This document shows, one piece after another, positions 25,124-37,680 of a stretch of 64,000 bases of DNA. Under the pieces are notes generated by a model, which made no database searches, was not told the DNA's origin, and saw only the letters and a list, made by a program, of their open reading frames with translations. Source of the stretch: Chiloscyllium plagiosum (Eukaryota); the NCBI RefSeq assembly GCF_004010195.1, contig NC_057720.1, forward strand, positions 20,039,680 through 20,103,679. The letters are read 5' to 3'. Position 1 is the first letter of the stretch. Every line of letters begins with the position of its first letter. The position numbers and the translations under genes are program-made.

Positions 25124-26475
25124 TGTCCACTTGAAGCCACGTCTCAGTTATCCCCACAATATCGTATCTGCCAATTTCCAAAAGAGCCTCAAGCTCATCC
25201 ATCTTATGTCTAATGCTTCGTGCATTCAAATACAGTATTTTTAATTTGTTACTGCTCTCACCCTTCCCATCAACCCCTATTTCATTCAACCTTTCAGCAT
25301 GATCCCTTTCCGAGTTTTCTGCCTCATTGATACAACTGTCTTTCTTGACTTCTCTTGTTCTAACTTTCCCTTCAATTTCCTTTTCAAACATCCAGTTTGT
25401 CCCCTCCCCCCTGCTACTTAGTTTAAATGTAGCGGTGCTGTAGTAGAAAACCTGCCTGCCAGAATGCTGGTCCCTAACCTATTAAGGCGCAAACCGTCTC
25501 TCTCGGAGAATTTATGCTTACCACAAAATATACCCCAGTGATCCAAGAACTTAAATCCTTGCTTCCTGCACCAGTTCCCCAACCACACGTTCAAGTCCAT
25601 TATCTCCCTGTTTCTGACCACCCCAGCACGAGGAACTGGAAGCAAACTGGAGATAACCACCTTGGACGTCCTGCTTACCAGCCTTCTTCCTAGTTCTCCG
25701 AAGCCTCGCTGTAGTATGTTCCTCCTCTTCTTCCCGACATCATTTGTGCCGACATGTACCACCACCTCTGGCTCTTCACCCTCATCCTTGAGGATTTCCT
25801 GCACTCTGTACGCGATGTCTTTCCCTCTAGCACCAGGAAGGCAACACACCATCCTTAAATCCCGTCTGCTGCCACAAAAACCCCGGTCAGTCCCTCTCAC
25901 GATGGAGTCCCCTNNNNNNNNNNNNNNNNNNNNNNNNNNNNNNNNNNNNNNNNNNNNNNNNNNNNNNNNNNNNNNNNNNNNNNNNNNNNNNNNNNNNNNN
26001 NNNNNNNNNNNNNNNNNNNNNNNNNNNNNNNNNNNNNNNNNNNNNNNNNNNNNNNNNNNNNNNNNNNNNNNNNNNNNNNNNNNNCAATATGCTCTGTCAG
26101 TAGCTGAATGTGCACACACTTTCCACACATATACGAGCCAGACACACCAGAGTCGTTGACCTCCCACATCAAGCACTGAACCAGCTGGGTAATCATGTCT
26201 TCACCCTCTTCAACTGTGTCGTAATCACTTCACTCAACCTCCTTGTCAAAGATTCCTGACCTGAAGCCTCACTCTTCGATCCAAACTTCCTTAGACCCTC
26301 TTTTTGTGGCAAGTCTGTGGACTCTTAATTTAGGTTAGAGGAGGAGGGAGGGAGGGAGACCCTACTTTGTAGGACCTGGGGTTTAGAACTCACCCTCTCT
26401 ATAGCAATCACTTACCTTCCCGACCGGCTTTGCGCTCCGCCTGAACTTCGCCCAGCTCCCGCCACTCTCTGCTTT
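25124..26475 (-). mobile_element. 5' part of a full-length CR1: 5' UTR, ORF1 (zinc finger and SGNH esterase), ORF2 endonuclease start
   Basis: CLMWE...CGKC; GDSIVRG...VVHVGTND...DGLRLN; YLNARSIRHKMDEL...GITETW. Confidence 0.93.
25914..26084. other. Assembly gap (171 N) inside CR1 ORF1
   Basis: N run with CR1 ORF1 sequence on both sides. Confidence 0.98.
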
Positions 26476-26618
26476 ATTTTCTCTGCTATATTTTCCATGT
26501 CCTTCTTCACAGTAAATATTGATGCAAAATACCAGTTTAGTGTTCAAAGTTTGGGAGAAGATTTGTAGCTCGGGTGCTTGTTGTTGTGGTTCTGTTCACC
26601 GAGCTGGGAATTTGTGTT

Positions 26619-26658
26619 GCAGACGTTTCGTCCCATGTCTAGGTGACATCCTCAGTGA
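26619..26658 (-). ncRNA. Hammerhead motif
   Basis: Minus strand reads TCA-CTGAGGA-T-GTCACC(TAGACAT)GGGAC-GAAAC-GTC-TGC. Confidence 0.65.
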
Positions 26659-27062
26659 TTGGGAGCCTCCTGTGAAGCGCTTCTGTGATGTTTCCTCCGG
26701 TATCTATAGTGGTTTGAATCTGCCGCTTCCGGTTGTCAGTTCCTTGCATGGACTGCACAAAACACAACATAGGACAAACAGGAAGACAGCTAACGATCCG
26801 TATCCATGAACACCAACTAGCCACGAAACGACACGACCAGGCCAGCTATCCTTCGTAGCCACACACGTAGATGACAAGCAACATGAATTCGACTGGGACA
26901 ACACTACTATTATAAGACAGGTCAAACAGAGAACAGCTAGGGAATTCCTAGAGGCATGGCACTCATCCACAGATTCAATCACTGACAACCAGAAGCGACA
27001 GACACAAACCACTACAAATGCCGGAGGAAAGATCACAGAAACACTTCACAGGAGGCTCCCAA

Positions 27063-27102
27063 GCACTGAGGATGTCACCTAGACAGGGGACGAAACGTCT
27101 GC
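27063..27102 (+). ncRNA. Hammerhead motif
   Basis: GCA-CTGAGGA-T-GTCACC(TAGACAG)GGGAC-GAAAC-GTC-TGC. Confidence 0.72.
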
Positions 27103-27142
27103 AACACAAATTCCCAGCTCGGCTAACAGAACCATAACAACC

Positions 27143-27625
27143 CGTTTAGTGTCTCCCCCATTTCCTGTGGCTCCACACATAGGCTGCCTTGCTGATTTGA
27201 GGGGCCCAATTCTCTCCCTAGTTACCCTTTCAATGTATCTATAAAGGCCCTTTGGATTCTCCTTCGCTCTCTCTGCCAAAGCTATCTCAATTCCCCTTTT
27301 TGCTCTCCTGATCTCGCTCTTAAGTAAACTCCCACTGCTTTTATACTCTTCCAAAGATTCACTCGATCTCTGCTGTTGACAGCTGGCATATGCTTCCTTC
27401 TTTTTCTTAACCAATCCTTAACTTCTCTAGGCATCCAGCATTCCCTAAACTTACCAGCCTTTCCTTCCACTCTAACAGGAATATACTGTCTCTGGGCTCT
27501 CGTTCTCTCATTTCTGAAGACTTCCTATTTTCCAACAGTCTTTGTACCTGTGAACATCTGTCCCCAATTAGCTTTTAAAAGTTCTTGCCTAATACCGTCA
27601 AAATTAGCCTTCTGCCAATTTAGAA
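27143..27625 (-). mobile_element. CR1 ORF2 linker remnant (continues at ~26480-26530)
   Basis: LNWQKANFDGIRQEL and KENPKGLYRYI. Confidence 0.85.
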
Positions 27626-28479
27626 CTTCAGATTTCTGAAGGAACTCTGAATGGAATCTCCTGTCAGAAATGCAGAGATCTTTCAATTTGTAAAAACAAA
27701 GTGGTGGAACGACAATTTGCATGTGACTGCCATTTCTGTGCAAATATGGTCCATTTTTCTCTGTTACCTTTCAGCTTATTCCCCGATTTATTAATATCCT
27801 ACTTCCTTGAGGCTTCTATAGAGTTAAACATACTTGTAATTCTGAGCTTATCACCAAATGTCAACTCAACTCAGATTACAAATAATATTAGAGTGAGTAA
27901 AAGAGGCCCCAGAATTGTAACCTGAGGCACATTACCATACATTTTCAACAATCCTTAAAAAGTGCCACGTCCTATTCTGTTTCCTCTCTACTGACATGTC
28001 TTAGATATCGTGCTCTTAATTCCAAACCCATTAATCTTCAAATATCCTGTGTAGTATCTTGGCAAATTACTTCCCTGAACTATATTTCCTCCATCTAGAA
28101 AATAGGGGTAATTATATTCAATTACAAAATAAAACAATGGATTACAGATTCAAATAAAAAAAGACAAGGCTAAAACTAATATCATTAATCTTTGCAAAGT
28201 ATTTAGAATGTCCTCCTGAAAAAGACCAAGAGCAAGAATATTGGAATAACTAAATGGATGCTGCAGTGGCAAGACTTTATGTTCAACCTGACTGAATGAA
28301 ACAAAATGAGTCAAACAAAATTTCACAGCTGTAATTATCTTGTGAGTTGCAAAAAAGATTATTTGTACTATTAAACAAGAATTGAAGAATTTTACAATCT
28401 ATTCTTCAAAACTGTTGTAAACTCCTGGATTTTTTTTTGCTCACTTGAGAATGAACACCCTGACATATCAACCATAGTT

Positions 28480-29345
28480 CTTTGGTAGCATTCTCACCTC
28501 TGAGCCAAAAGGTACTTAGACTGATTACAAAGACTTTAGCATATTGTATAGTTTACATTCTAGTGCAAACACGAAGAATACAGTTTGATCAGAGGTGCTG
28601 CCTTTCAGTTGAGACCTTAAGAGGGAGAGAGAGGATGGCAGTCGATGGCAAGATGGCAGCGAAGAGGCATAGAGATCAAACCATTAAGCTTAGCACAGAA
28701 GACAGATTAAGCCCTTATGGAGAAAGCTCAGCAAGGAGCAATGTCAGGCCTATAGCTAAAGAAAGACTGTAATTTAGGACTTTTGGCTTTATTTCTTATT
28801 CACCACTTTATCTTGACAAGAACTGCAATGCTGAACTTGTAACTTATTTCTTTATTTTTCGACTCTTTATCTAAGATTTTGCTTTAAGATAGTGAGTGGG
28901 GACATTTTACACGTTTCATTGTAGTTCTGTATCCATGTACTTGAGTACATGTGACAATAAAATCTAATTCTAATTAAACCAAAGTCTTTTCTATACTTTA
29001 ACAAATAAAAAAGATCCACAGCACTACATCAGAGTAGGAATGCTCTCCTGTATTTCTTACCTAAAATGTATTTCTCAATACATCAACAAAATAGATCTGA
29101 TCATCTCACTGCTATTTTTGGGAGTTTTTATGTAAATTGGCAACAAATGTTACTACATTTCAACAATAACCATATTTCAAAAAGTACTTATTTGCTCATC
29201 AAGGAATTTGGGGCATCTTAATCTTAGAACATAGAACAGTACAGCACAGAACAGGCCGTTCAGCCCACGATGTTGTGCCGACCACTGATCCTCACGTATG
29301 CACCCTTAAATCTTGTGAAATACTATATTTGTGTAAGTCTTTATT
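28480..29345 (+). mobile_element. Deu-SINE split by two younger insertions (28620-28975 and 29224-29310)
   Basis: Head ggtagcattctcacctctgag; gaggtgctgcctttcagttgagaccttaa; aaagatccacagcactac; caaaaagtacttatttgct. Confidence 0.6.
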
Positions 29346-30527
29346 TGTATTTCTTTAACACACCACAAAGAGAGACTAAAGGGCAATATTCCAAAAGGCC
29401 ATCATTACAGTTGTCAGCACAGCAGTTAGGATATAGCAGGAATAACTGAGAAGTTATTATCCATTTTTAATTCCAGTCAAAATGCAACATCTTGGCCAAG
29501 GCAGAAATTATTTTTTCAAAGATTACATATTCCTTTGAAGATCTAAGCATTTCAATGGACAAGTGAAGAGAGAAGAATCTCAGCTAAGCCTGATCATCAT
29601 CTCACTTAATGCGCACATCTATTTTACAGTGGAATAGTAATCATGAGCAGGGATCTTGACAGATTTCTTCCATCCTTTATAAGCCAATGTACACCCATGT
29701 TTACATTAGCATTTAATGTTGACACAAATCAGAAACTGAGTCATGGACTTGCCACCTTTACATAATATGACTATGTGGTGCTCTACTTTCAATGGGAAAT
29801 AAGCATTTCACCAAACGTCCTGCCTGTTCCTGCACCTAATGATTTTCTTTTTAAAATCACCATTGGTTCAACAAAATTCTTTACTAGTTTATAAAATGCA
29901 TAAAGGATTTAAGGAACTTGTGTCCTGATAACTTATTCATAATGTTAACAGCCCTAAATCTTAAAAAGTGAAAAATTCAAGACATTCTTGAAACAAGTTT
30001 AATTAATTTCAGTTAGATGTTTCAATTAACATTATGACATAAATTAACATTAAAAACTAAATTGCAATTGACCTAGATCCAAGTTCAGGATTCGAATATA
30101 GTAAAAATGGAAAACATTGGAAATAGTCAGTGAATCCAGCAGGATCTGCAGAGAAAGAAAGGGTCATGTTTCAGCTTGACAATCCTTTTCTAGAACTCTT
30201 CTGAAATATATTGACCTGGAAAGGTAACTCTCCTACAATTATATGAGGCACAGTTTGGAACTTTTCATTCTTGTCATATGGTCTCTTTCTCCCTTGGCCA
30301 TATAATTGCATCATCTCCTGGTTGACAGAACAGGTAACTTGAATCTGAGCCATTAATTTTCCCTGATCATCAACAAGGAATGTATAAAAACTAGAGTTTC
30401 CCACCTTTCTTAGGGAAGCAGGCCTTTAAGCTCTCTCACCTTTAGACATAGATTTATTTGTGTTTGATTGCAAACTTTACAAATGACTAATTATCAGTCT
30501 TCACCTGAATAAACGTACAATACCCAC

Positions 30528-30626
30528 CTCTTGTGAAAACATTCCAGGCACCATTATCTTCAGAATTCTCCATATCCTAGCAAAGAAAACACCATCCACA
30601 ACTGCTTTCTCTTTTTTTCCTTCTTT
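30528..30626 (-). CDS. ABCD3: ABCD3 coding exon 3 (99 nt)
   Basis: Acceptor tttgtttttcag, donor GAG|GTGGGT. Encodes KEGKKEKAVVDGVFFARIWRILKIMVPGMFSQE versus human KEGKKERAVVDKVFFSRLIQILKIMVPRTFCKE. Confidence 0.96.
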
Positions 30627-30731
30627 CTGAAAAACAAACGGTAGAGGTTTCTATTCCTAAGAAACCATATGAAGCAAAAATGTTATTTTAATGAACAAAA
30701 AAATTGCAATATATTTTCATGATATACTCAC

Positions 30732-30765
30732 CTCATTCTGAAGTGAAACCTTTCCATCATTCTTA
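30732..30765 (-). CDS. ABCD3: ABCD3 coding exon 2 (34 nt)
   Basis: Acceptor ttttaattacag, donor GAG|GTGAGT. Encodes (S)KNDGKVSLQNE, similar to human KKSGKPPLQNNE. Phase joins exon 1 to exon 3 in frame. Confidence 0.9.
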
Positions 30766-31019
30766 CTGTAATTAAAAGATTAACATTTAAGATGGTACAA
30801 AGTAAAGTTCATGAGATTTCTGAATAAGTCATGTTTGCCAAATAAAGGACTGACTTATCTCCTTCCATTTTTAACATTATAAAACAGTGCAACCAGGAAC
30901 AGATCATTTGGTCCAACATGTTTGGACCATGATGTCATTCCAAACCAATCCCACCCATCTGCACATGGTCTGCATCCCTCCATTCCCTGCCCGTTCATAT
31001 GTCTATCCAAATGCTTCTT

Positions 31020-31325
31020 CTGGATAACAAGGACACCAATGTCAGAATCCTGTTCATTGACTTTAGCTCTGGCTTTAACACCATAATTCCCAACAAAACT
31101 TATCTCCAAACTTGGAGACCTTGGACTCTGCTCCCCGCTCTGCAACTGGATCCTCAACTACCTGACACACAAATAGCAATCAGTAAGGACAAGCGACAAC
31201 ACCTCCTCCACGATAATCCTCAAACCAGTGCCCTGCAAGGTTGATTACTCAGATGCTTATTATAACTATACACTCTCAACTGTATGGCCAAATTTATCTA
31301 ACTCCATTTACAAATTTGCTGATGA
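31020..31325 (+). mobile_element. Rex1/Babar RT fragment
   Basis: LDNKDTNVRILFIDFSSGFNTIIP and KFAD. Confidence 0.85.
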
Positions 31326-32017
31326 AATTCAATGACTGGACTCAAGAAAGGCAATTTAGCTTTAAAAGCTGTAATACGGCACCTTAATTTCTTGTTTTAT
31401 TCTTGTTTTCCTTTTAATCATCATCCATCTCATTAATAAACCCACTGCATTGCGGCTGAAAGCAATGCCAAACGAAAGGCATTCCAACCCCATCCAGTCT
31501 ACTTGCTGTAGTTTCTGAACTCCTAACCCTATATTTCCTTCTTCTGTCCACCCTTCCTACTTCTCCCTATCATTTTATTCCAAACACCACCTCTTCTTGT
31601 TTTCCCTCTAAGTCCCTCAATTCTAATTTTGCTTCTCACCCTTTTCCTTATCCATCACATCTGCACTTGTTATTCACTTTACTCAATTTCCCCATCAGCT
31701 CCCATAAGCTTCTTACCCCCTCACATCTATAATTTCACACTTGTTCCCTATTCCTCTGCACTTGTTTTCCACTATGTTTTCTTCCAACCTCAACTCTCCC
31801 TTTCATCATACTCCTGCTTTTTAATATCCCATTTCCTGCCGATCCATTGTCCCTTTCCATTTCTACCTCATATCCTATTCCCTTTCATAATAAGCTCCAC
31901 ACTTCCACCCAGCTATTCAATTCGTTATTATCTACAAAGCTATTTTTTGACCAAAAGCTTTTATTTTAAATTACCTGTATGCACACAAACACTTTATAAA
32001 ACTTAGCGAAATTAGAG

Positions 32018-32251
32018 AGAAAATAAAACAAAGAACTGCAGATGCTGGAAATCAGAAAAAAAAACAAATTGTGTGATAAACTTAGCAGATCTGGCAGCTT
32101 CAGTGGAGAGAAAGCAGAGTTAACGTTTCAAGTCAGTGACCCTTCAGGGGTTCTGAAGACCAGTCACTGGACCCAAAATATTAATTCTGTTTTGTCTCCA
32201 CAGATGTTGCCTGACCTGCTGAGTTTTTTTTTTCAGCAATTTCTATTTTTG
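32018..32251. mobile_element. Palindromic PLE-derived unit with 14-bp TSD
   Basis: Imperfect inverted arms around ~32148; tagcgaaattagag at 32004-32017 and tagcaaaattagag at 32252-32265. Confidence 0.75.
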
Positions 32252-32331
32252 TAGCAAAATTAGAGGACTGAGAGGGATTATCTAAATGAAAAAGCAGCTG
32301 TCAGGAACCTGAGCTAGTCATCATAATGTAT

Positions 32332-32555
32332 AGGAGAAAGTGAGGACTGCAGATGCTGGAGATCAGAGCTTAAAAATGTGTTGCTGGAAAAGCACAGGAG
32401 GTCAGGCAGCATCAAAAGAACAGGAGAAACGACATTTCGGGCACAAGAAGGCGGCGCAGAGTCTGAGGGTTGGGACTGAGAAAAGGTGGGGGGAGGTGAA
32501 ATGAGAAAGCTGGAGAAATCTGCATTCATCCCTTGTGGTTGGAGGGTTCCTAGGT
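32332..32555 (-). mobile_element. Internally deleted PLE 3' end
   Basis: LGTLQPQGMNADFSSFL joined to a truncated hammerhead and tail. Confidence 0.75.
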
Positions 32556-32589
32556 TCAAAGTCATGTCACTCCTTGCTCTGACTCCTAA

Positions 32590-33750
32590 TTTCTGACCTA
32601 CCTACTAGTGGAAACAAAATATCCTTATTTACCTTGCCAAAATTGTTCATAACTTTGAACACCCAATTAAGGCCACTTCTTAATCTTCTTTGCTCCGAGA
32701 AGAATAAGCCCAATTTCTCTAATCTTTCCTTGTATTTGAAATCTCACATTACTGGTATCATTCCTACTTTGTGCTCTTTCCAGGTCTTTAACATGCTTCC
32801 TAAAATAAAGTACACAATACTCCAAATGTGGTCTGACCAAAGATTTATAGAGAGGCAACATCACTTCCTTGTCTTTATATTCTATGCCTCTATTTATCAG
32901 CCTAAGGATCTAATAAGCTGTCTTAACAACAGTTTCAACTTGCCTGGCCCCCTTCAGAGATTTATGCACTTGAACCCTGAGGTCTCTCTGCTCCTAAATT
33001 CCCTCACAGCTGTACCATTTTGTGTCTGCCCATTTGGCCAACTTACTAAAGTCCCTCTTAAGTTGCTCAACATCATCCTCACAATTCACTATTCTCCCTA
33101 GTTTAGTATCATCAGCAAATTTAAAGATTTTGCCCTCAATACCAAACTCCAAACCATTTATATGAATCAGAAAAAGCAAGGGTCCCAACACTGATACCTG
33201 GAAAACACCATTTTCAACTTGTCTCCAATCTGAGAAATGCCCATCTGAAACTACCTATCTTTTAGCTAACTTCTAATCCATGTTGCCAAGGACCCAGCAA
33301 CCTCAACATTTCTAATTTGCTAACCAACTGTATGAAATGCTTTCTGAAAGTCCAAATATACAACATCCATAGTACTACACTTGTTGACTGCTTATGCCAG
33401 CTAAAAGAACTCAATCAAACTTGTCAGACATGATCTGCCCTTGACAAAGCCTTGTTGACTGTCAAGAATTAACTTATTTTGCTAAGTATATATTAACCTT
33501 ATTCCATATTGAGGTCTCCATCTTTTTCCCACTACTAATGTCAAGCTGACAGATCTGTAGATTCCTGGGTTGTCATCTGCCATTTTCGTTAACAACAAGT
33601 GTCACAGTGAAATCCTCCAATTCCCTGGGACTAATCCTGCTTTGAGACAGACCTGACAAATTTCTGTCAACAGCTCCACAACTTGCTCCTTTACCTCTCT
33701 CAGCAATTTAAGATGCATCCCATCTGGGCCTGGTGACTTACCTACTGAAT
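32590..33750 (-). mobile_element. CR1 RT remnant in ABCD3 intron 1
   Basis: LGPLLFLIHIN...KFADDTKLG and [14 protein letters not shown]. Confidence 0.9.
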
Positions 33751-33866
33751 TGTGCAAGCCTTTTTGAAAAAGTTATCTTTTATCTATCACTATACCGTTC
33801 AGTTGCTCAACACCCACATTCAAAACTAGGCTATTGTCACCACTTTCTAAAGACAGAAGCTAAGTA

Positions 33867-35133
33867 CAGGGAACCTCGATTATCCAAACAGGACAGGTGG
33901 ATGGTATTCTGTTCGGATAACTGTCTGTTTAGATAACTGTTTTTTCGGATAGCTGATCACACTCCCTTCGCCTTTGCCTCCCCCCCACTACAAGGTACCT
34001 ACTCTCTTCAGCACTTCACTCCATTCCCGCCAGGGCCTCTGTGCATTTGTGGGCTTTCGGTGATGGTTTAAAGATCAGGCTCTCAGTTGGGGCACCTGGC
34101 GGTGATCGGGGGTCAGTGTATTGCGGCCAAGCTACATTGTGAGGAAGTGTAGGAGAGACAAACTGTTCCCAAGATCCCCAACCCACCACAGCTGTAAGCA
34201 GGGCCAGACTGTTGTTGCTTAGGCCAATGTGGCCCCTGTCACCCCGACTCCTGGCGGGAAGCCAGCCATTTGAGGTTAGGAGAGTTGCAGGTGGTGCTCG
34301 ATCGAAGGACAGGGTGCAGGCTAAGTTGTTACTCGGTTTGAGTGATTTCCCAACAGAGCGAATCCGGGACTTCACAACGCCTGGGTGACCTCCAGGCTGA
34401 CTAGCGGTGCTAGATTCTGGTTGGTGAGCAAACAGTGTACCCGAATGGGACCCTGAGATCTTGTTTGGATAATCAAAAATTCACATAATTGATCTAGATG
34501 TAGGTTTGCTCACTGAGCTGAAAGGTTCATTTTCAGATGTTTCGTCACCATACTAGGTAACATCATCAGTGTGTCTCCGGATGAAGCACTGGTGGTATGG
34601 CCTGTTTTTTATTTGTGTGTTTAGGTTTCCTTGGGTTGGTGATGCCATTTCCTGTGGCGATGTCATTTCCTGTTCTTTTTCTCAGGGGGTGGTAAATGGG
34701 ATCCAAGTCATTGTGTTTATTGATAGAGTTCCAGTTGGAATGCCAGGCTTCTAGGAATTCTTGCATGTGTCTCTGTTTGGTGGCCAGTTTTCTGCCCGTT
34801 TGTCCAATGTAGTGTTTGTTACAGTTCTTGCAAGGTATTTTGTAAATGACATTAGATTTGCTTGTTGTCTATATTGGGTCTTTCAAGTTAATTAGCTGCT
34901 GTTTTAGTGTGTTGGTAGGTTTGTGGGCTACCATGATGCCAAGAGGTCTGAGTAGTTTGGAGTCATTTCTGAGATGTCTTTAGTGTAGGGGAGGGTGGCT
35001 AGGGTTTCTGGATGTTTTTTGTCTGCTGGTTGGGGTTTGTTGCGGAGACATCGGCGGACTGAGTTCAGGGGGTACCCGTTCTTTTTGACTGCACTGTATA
35101 GGTGTTTTTCCTCTGCTCTGCGTGGTTCCTATG
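33867..35133. mobile_element. Non-autonomous Tc1/mariner (Tigger/pogo-type) element, right TIR split by Penelope
   Basis: Left end TA|cagggaacctcgattatcc; right end cataattga[Penelope]ggttcctatg|TA. Confidence 0.65.
34493..35123 (-). mobile_element. Penelope 3' part with pLTR
   Basis: KNGYP..., PCKNCNKHYIGQTG and EFLEAWHS; hammerhead motif at 34533-34571. Confidence 0.88.
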
Positions 35134-36649
35134 TAAGAATCAAGCATTATAGGGAAAAAAGCAGGAAAATGAGTTGAGGATGATCAGATCAGCCAAAATC
35201 TCAATGAATGGCGAAGCAGATTCAATGGGGTGAATGTTCTACTTCTGCTCCTATGTCTTTATGGTCTATTATTTATTTGTGTTAAAGATATAACATCTTA
35301 ATGACTAATTAACCAACATCATGTCACGATTGTGTAAATAAATCAGAGAATGCAAATATGGCATATTCATTTAATCCCACTGGTTTTGTACCATTGCTTT
35401 CAAGCATGGTACATTATTTGCGATGTAAAATATTTGTTCTGACTTTTTAAAACATGATTCTGGGCAAAGGTTGATTTCAAAAAGAAGAAATGTTCCATCA
35501 TGACAAACTACCCACAGCTTACAAAATTATGTAACATTTGGAACAGTGTGTCACTTAAACTCCAAATTTCAAGTGTTCCATTAAACTAAACACACAACAG
35601 TCAAACAATTTCTTTTTGATCTTTGGCAAAAGGATTGTAGAAGTCTTACAGTGCAGAAAGAGGCCATTCGACCCACTGAGTCTGGAGCGACAGTTGAAAC
35701 AGCATCCCTGCCAGACCCACATCCCCACCCCTGTAACCCCATTTATCATGGCTAATCCACCTAGCCTGCACTTTATTCCATAAATGCAAATATCTTGATA
35801 AATCACAGGAGACAGTGTTAACTTTGCATCTACTGCATTTTTTCCTTTTTTTTCCCTCCTGTTGCATTGATCACAAGAGCCATAAAGTGTATGGCTGTCA
35901 TACTTCCTATAATTAGTACAGAATAGACAGAAATGCAGCATATGTTACAGGTGTGTAAACCTTTACCCACTCAAAGTGAATTTACACTGAAGGATGAAGT
36001 TTTGTTAGTTTTCATTTCACATTCTTACATGAACAGTGCGTGAAAGTTAAAAGTGAATTTTTCCCCAAACCAAAATTTGCTAAACAATGAAAACACAATG
36101 AAACCACTGTATTATGTTATATAGGTAATCAGTAACAGCATTTCACTGTTCCTGATCCCTTTGACTGTCCTTTCATAAATGTTTGTGGAGATTTTGCAAA
36201 GTCATACCAACGGTCACTGGCAGATCATAACACTAGCCTTCTATTGGTATATGATCAATTATGTAAACACAGGCTTTGGCAGACATAAAACAATGTGGCA
36301 CTTAGCCGTTGACGGATGGATGTTACATGTCCGGTGATGCATTAAGAAACTAAAAGAAGCTAAAAACAATTCAAAAGGAACAAAAAGAAGGGTAGGGTCA
36401 ACGAGGACTAATAATAATAATCTTGTGGAGGCAAAGGACATTGTTGGAATGTTTGTCAAATCTGTCCACAAAAAGATGCTGCCCGTGTGATCTGGGGAAA
36501 CTGAAACAAGTGTGGTTCTCGCTGAAGTTTTTCCAATCTTTCTTGGAAATAGGAATGGTGCCAGAGGATCAAAGTTTGAAAATGGTACATGCTTTGTCAT
36601 AAAAGGGCAGGAACAGTACTGGGTCAAACAGCCTAATGTCGATAGCAGA

Positions 36650-37680
36650 GAAGCTTTAAACTTTTTGATTATGAAACAGAGAGGGCTAATGATGGGAAAT
36701 AAAGTAAAATTACATACGTGGATTTCCAAAAGCATTTGATGAAGAATCACATCACAGGCTTATTAGTAAAATTGAAGACATGGGATTATTTGGATAATGT
36801 TTGTGTGGACACAAAGTTGTTTGTTACAGAAATCAGAGAGTAGTTTCTTTCAGATGGAGGTTTGCAGTGATGTGACTCAGTGGTCTTATGCCCGTAAAAG
36901 TGGCATAATTTCAAAATTCTCAATTGACACAAAATGTGGAAGTGTTATAATTAGTGACGGCAATAGTAGGAAACTTGACAGCAGAATAAAAATTGGTGGA
37001 AAGTTGGACAAGACAAAGTGTAAAAGGATGCATTTTTTTTGTTGTGCAAAGAACAAGGATAACCAAATGGTAACATTTTAAGCAGCTACTGAAACAGACA
37101 GATGTGAGGATTCACATAAAAACATTTAATATGTCTACAGACAAGTTGAGAAAATTGTTACAATAACATATTCAGGATGACTGACTTTATAAAAAGTGAC
37201 ATTATAGAAGCAAGGAAGTTTGTGCTAAACCTTTGAAAATCACTGATTCAGGCTCAGCTGGGATCGTATTTTTAATTCTGCATTCTGCATAATAGTGATA
37301 ATGATAAGGTTGCGAAGAACATGAAACAGGACATTTACTAGAATGGTATCAGGGATGGGGTACTTCAGTTTTATGGAGAGACTAAAGATGGTAGAATTGC
37401 TCATCTTAGAGCAGACAAGGTTAAGAGGAGTTTTAATAGATGAGGTAAAAAAAAGGGAATTGGATAGAATAAATCAAGGGAGATTCAGTGTGTTCACTGG
37501 CAGGAGAGTCAGTAACTGGAGGGTACAAATTTAAATTAAAAAAACACCTGAAAGGGTACTTGAAGCCAATTCAAGAGGAATTAACAAAAGGTCACTGGAT
37601 ATATACTTAAGAATGGAAAAAAAATACAGTGGGGAAAGAACAGGATTCTTCTAATCGATCAGCACAGGCAGATGGACCAC
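36650..37680 (+). mobile_element. Highly decayed CR1
   Basis: gatttccaaaagcatttgat (DFQKAFD) and degenerate downstream ORF2. Confidence 0.65.

Larger units (their letters stand above)
26555..27142. mobile_element. Penelope 3' end with inverted pLTR copy, inserted in a CR1
   Basis: 26567-26740 is inverted relative to 26982-27141; GIY-YIG fragment IGQTGRQL...EFLEAWHS on + between them. Confidence 0.88.

Noticed and set aside
24243..26196. Long ORFs (up to 382 aa) in the ORF track
   Set aside because: They read through N gaps and fuse CR1 with L1; the same applies to 47981-48751.
31520..31910. 125-aa ORF at 31629-32006 (also ORFs at 6538-6837)
   Set aside because: Pyrimidine-rich low-complexity DNA that is naturally poor in stop codons.
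35822..35858. 37-nt candidate for ABCD3 exon 2 (REKKGKNAVDAK)
   Set aside because: No GT donor at the in-frame end; 30732-30765 has canonical sites and better similarity.
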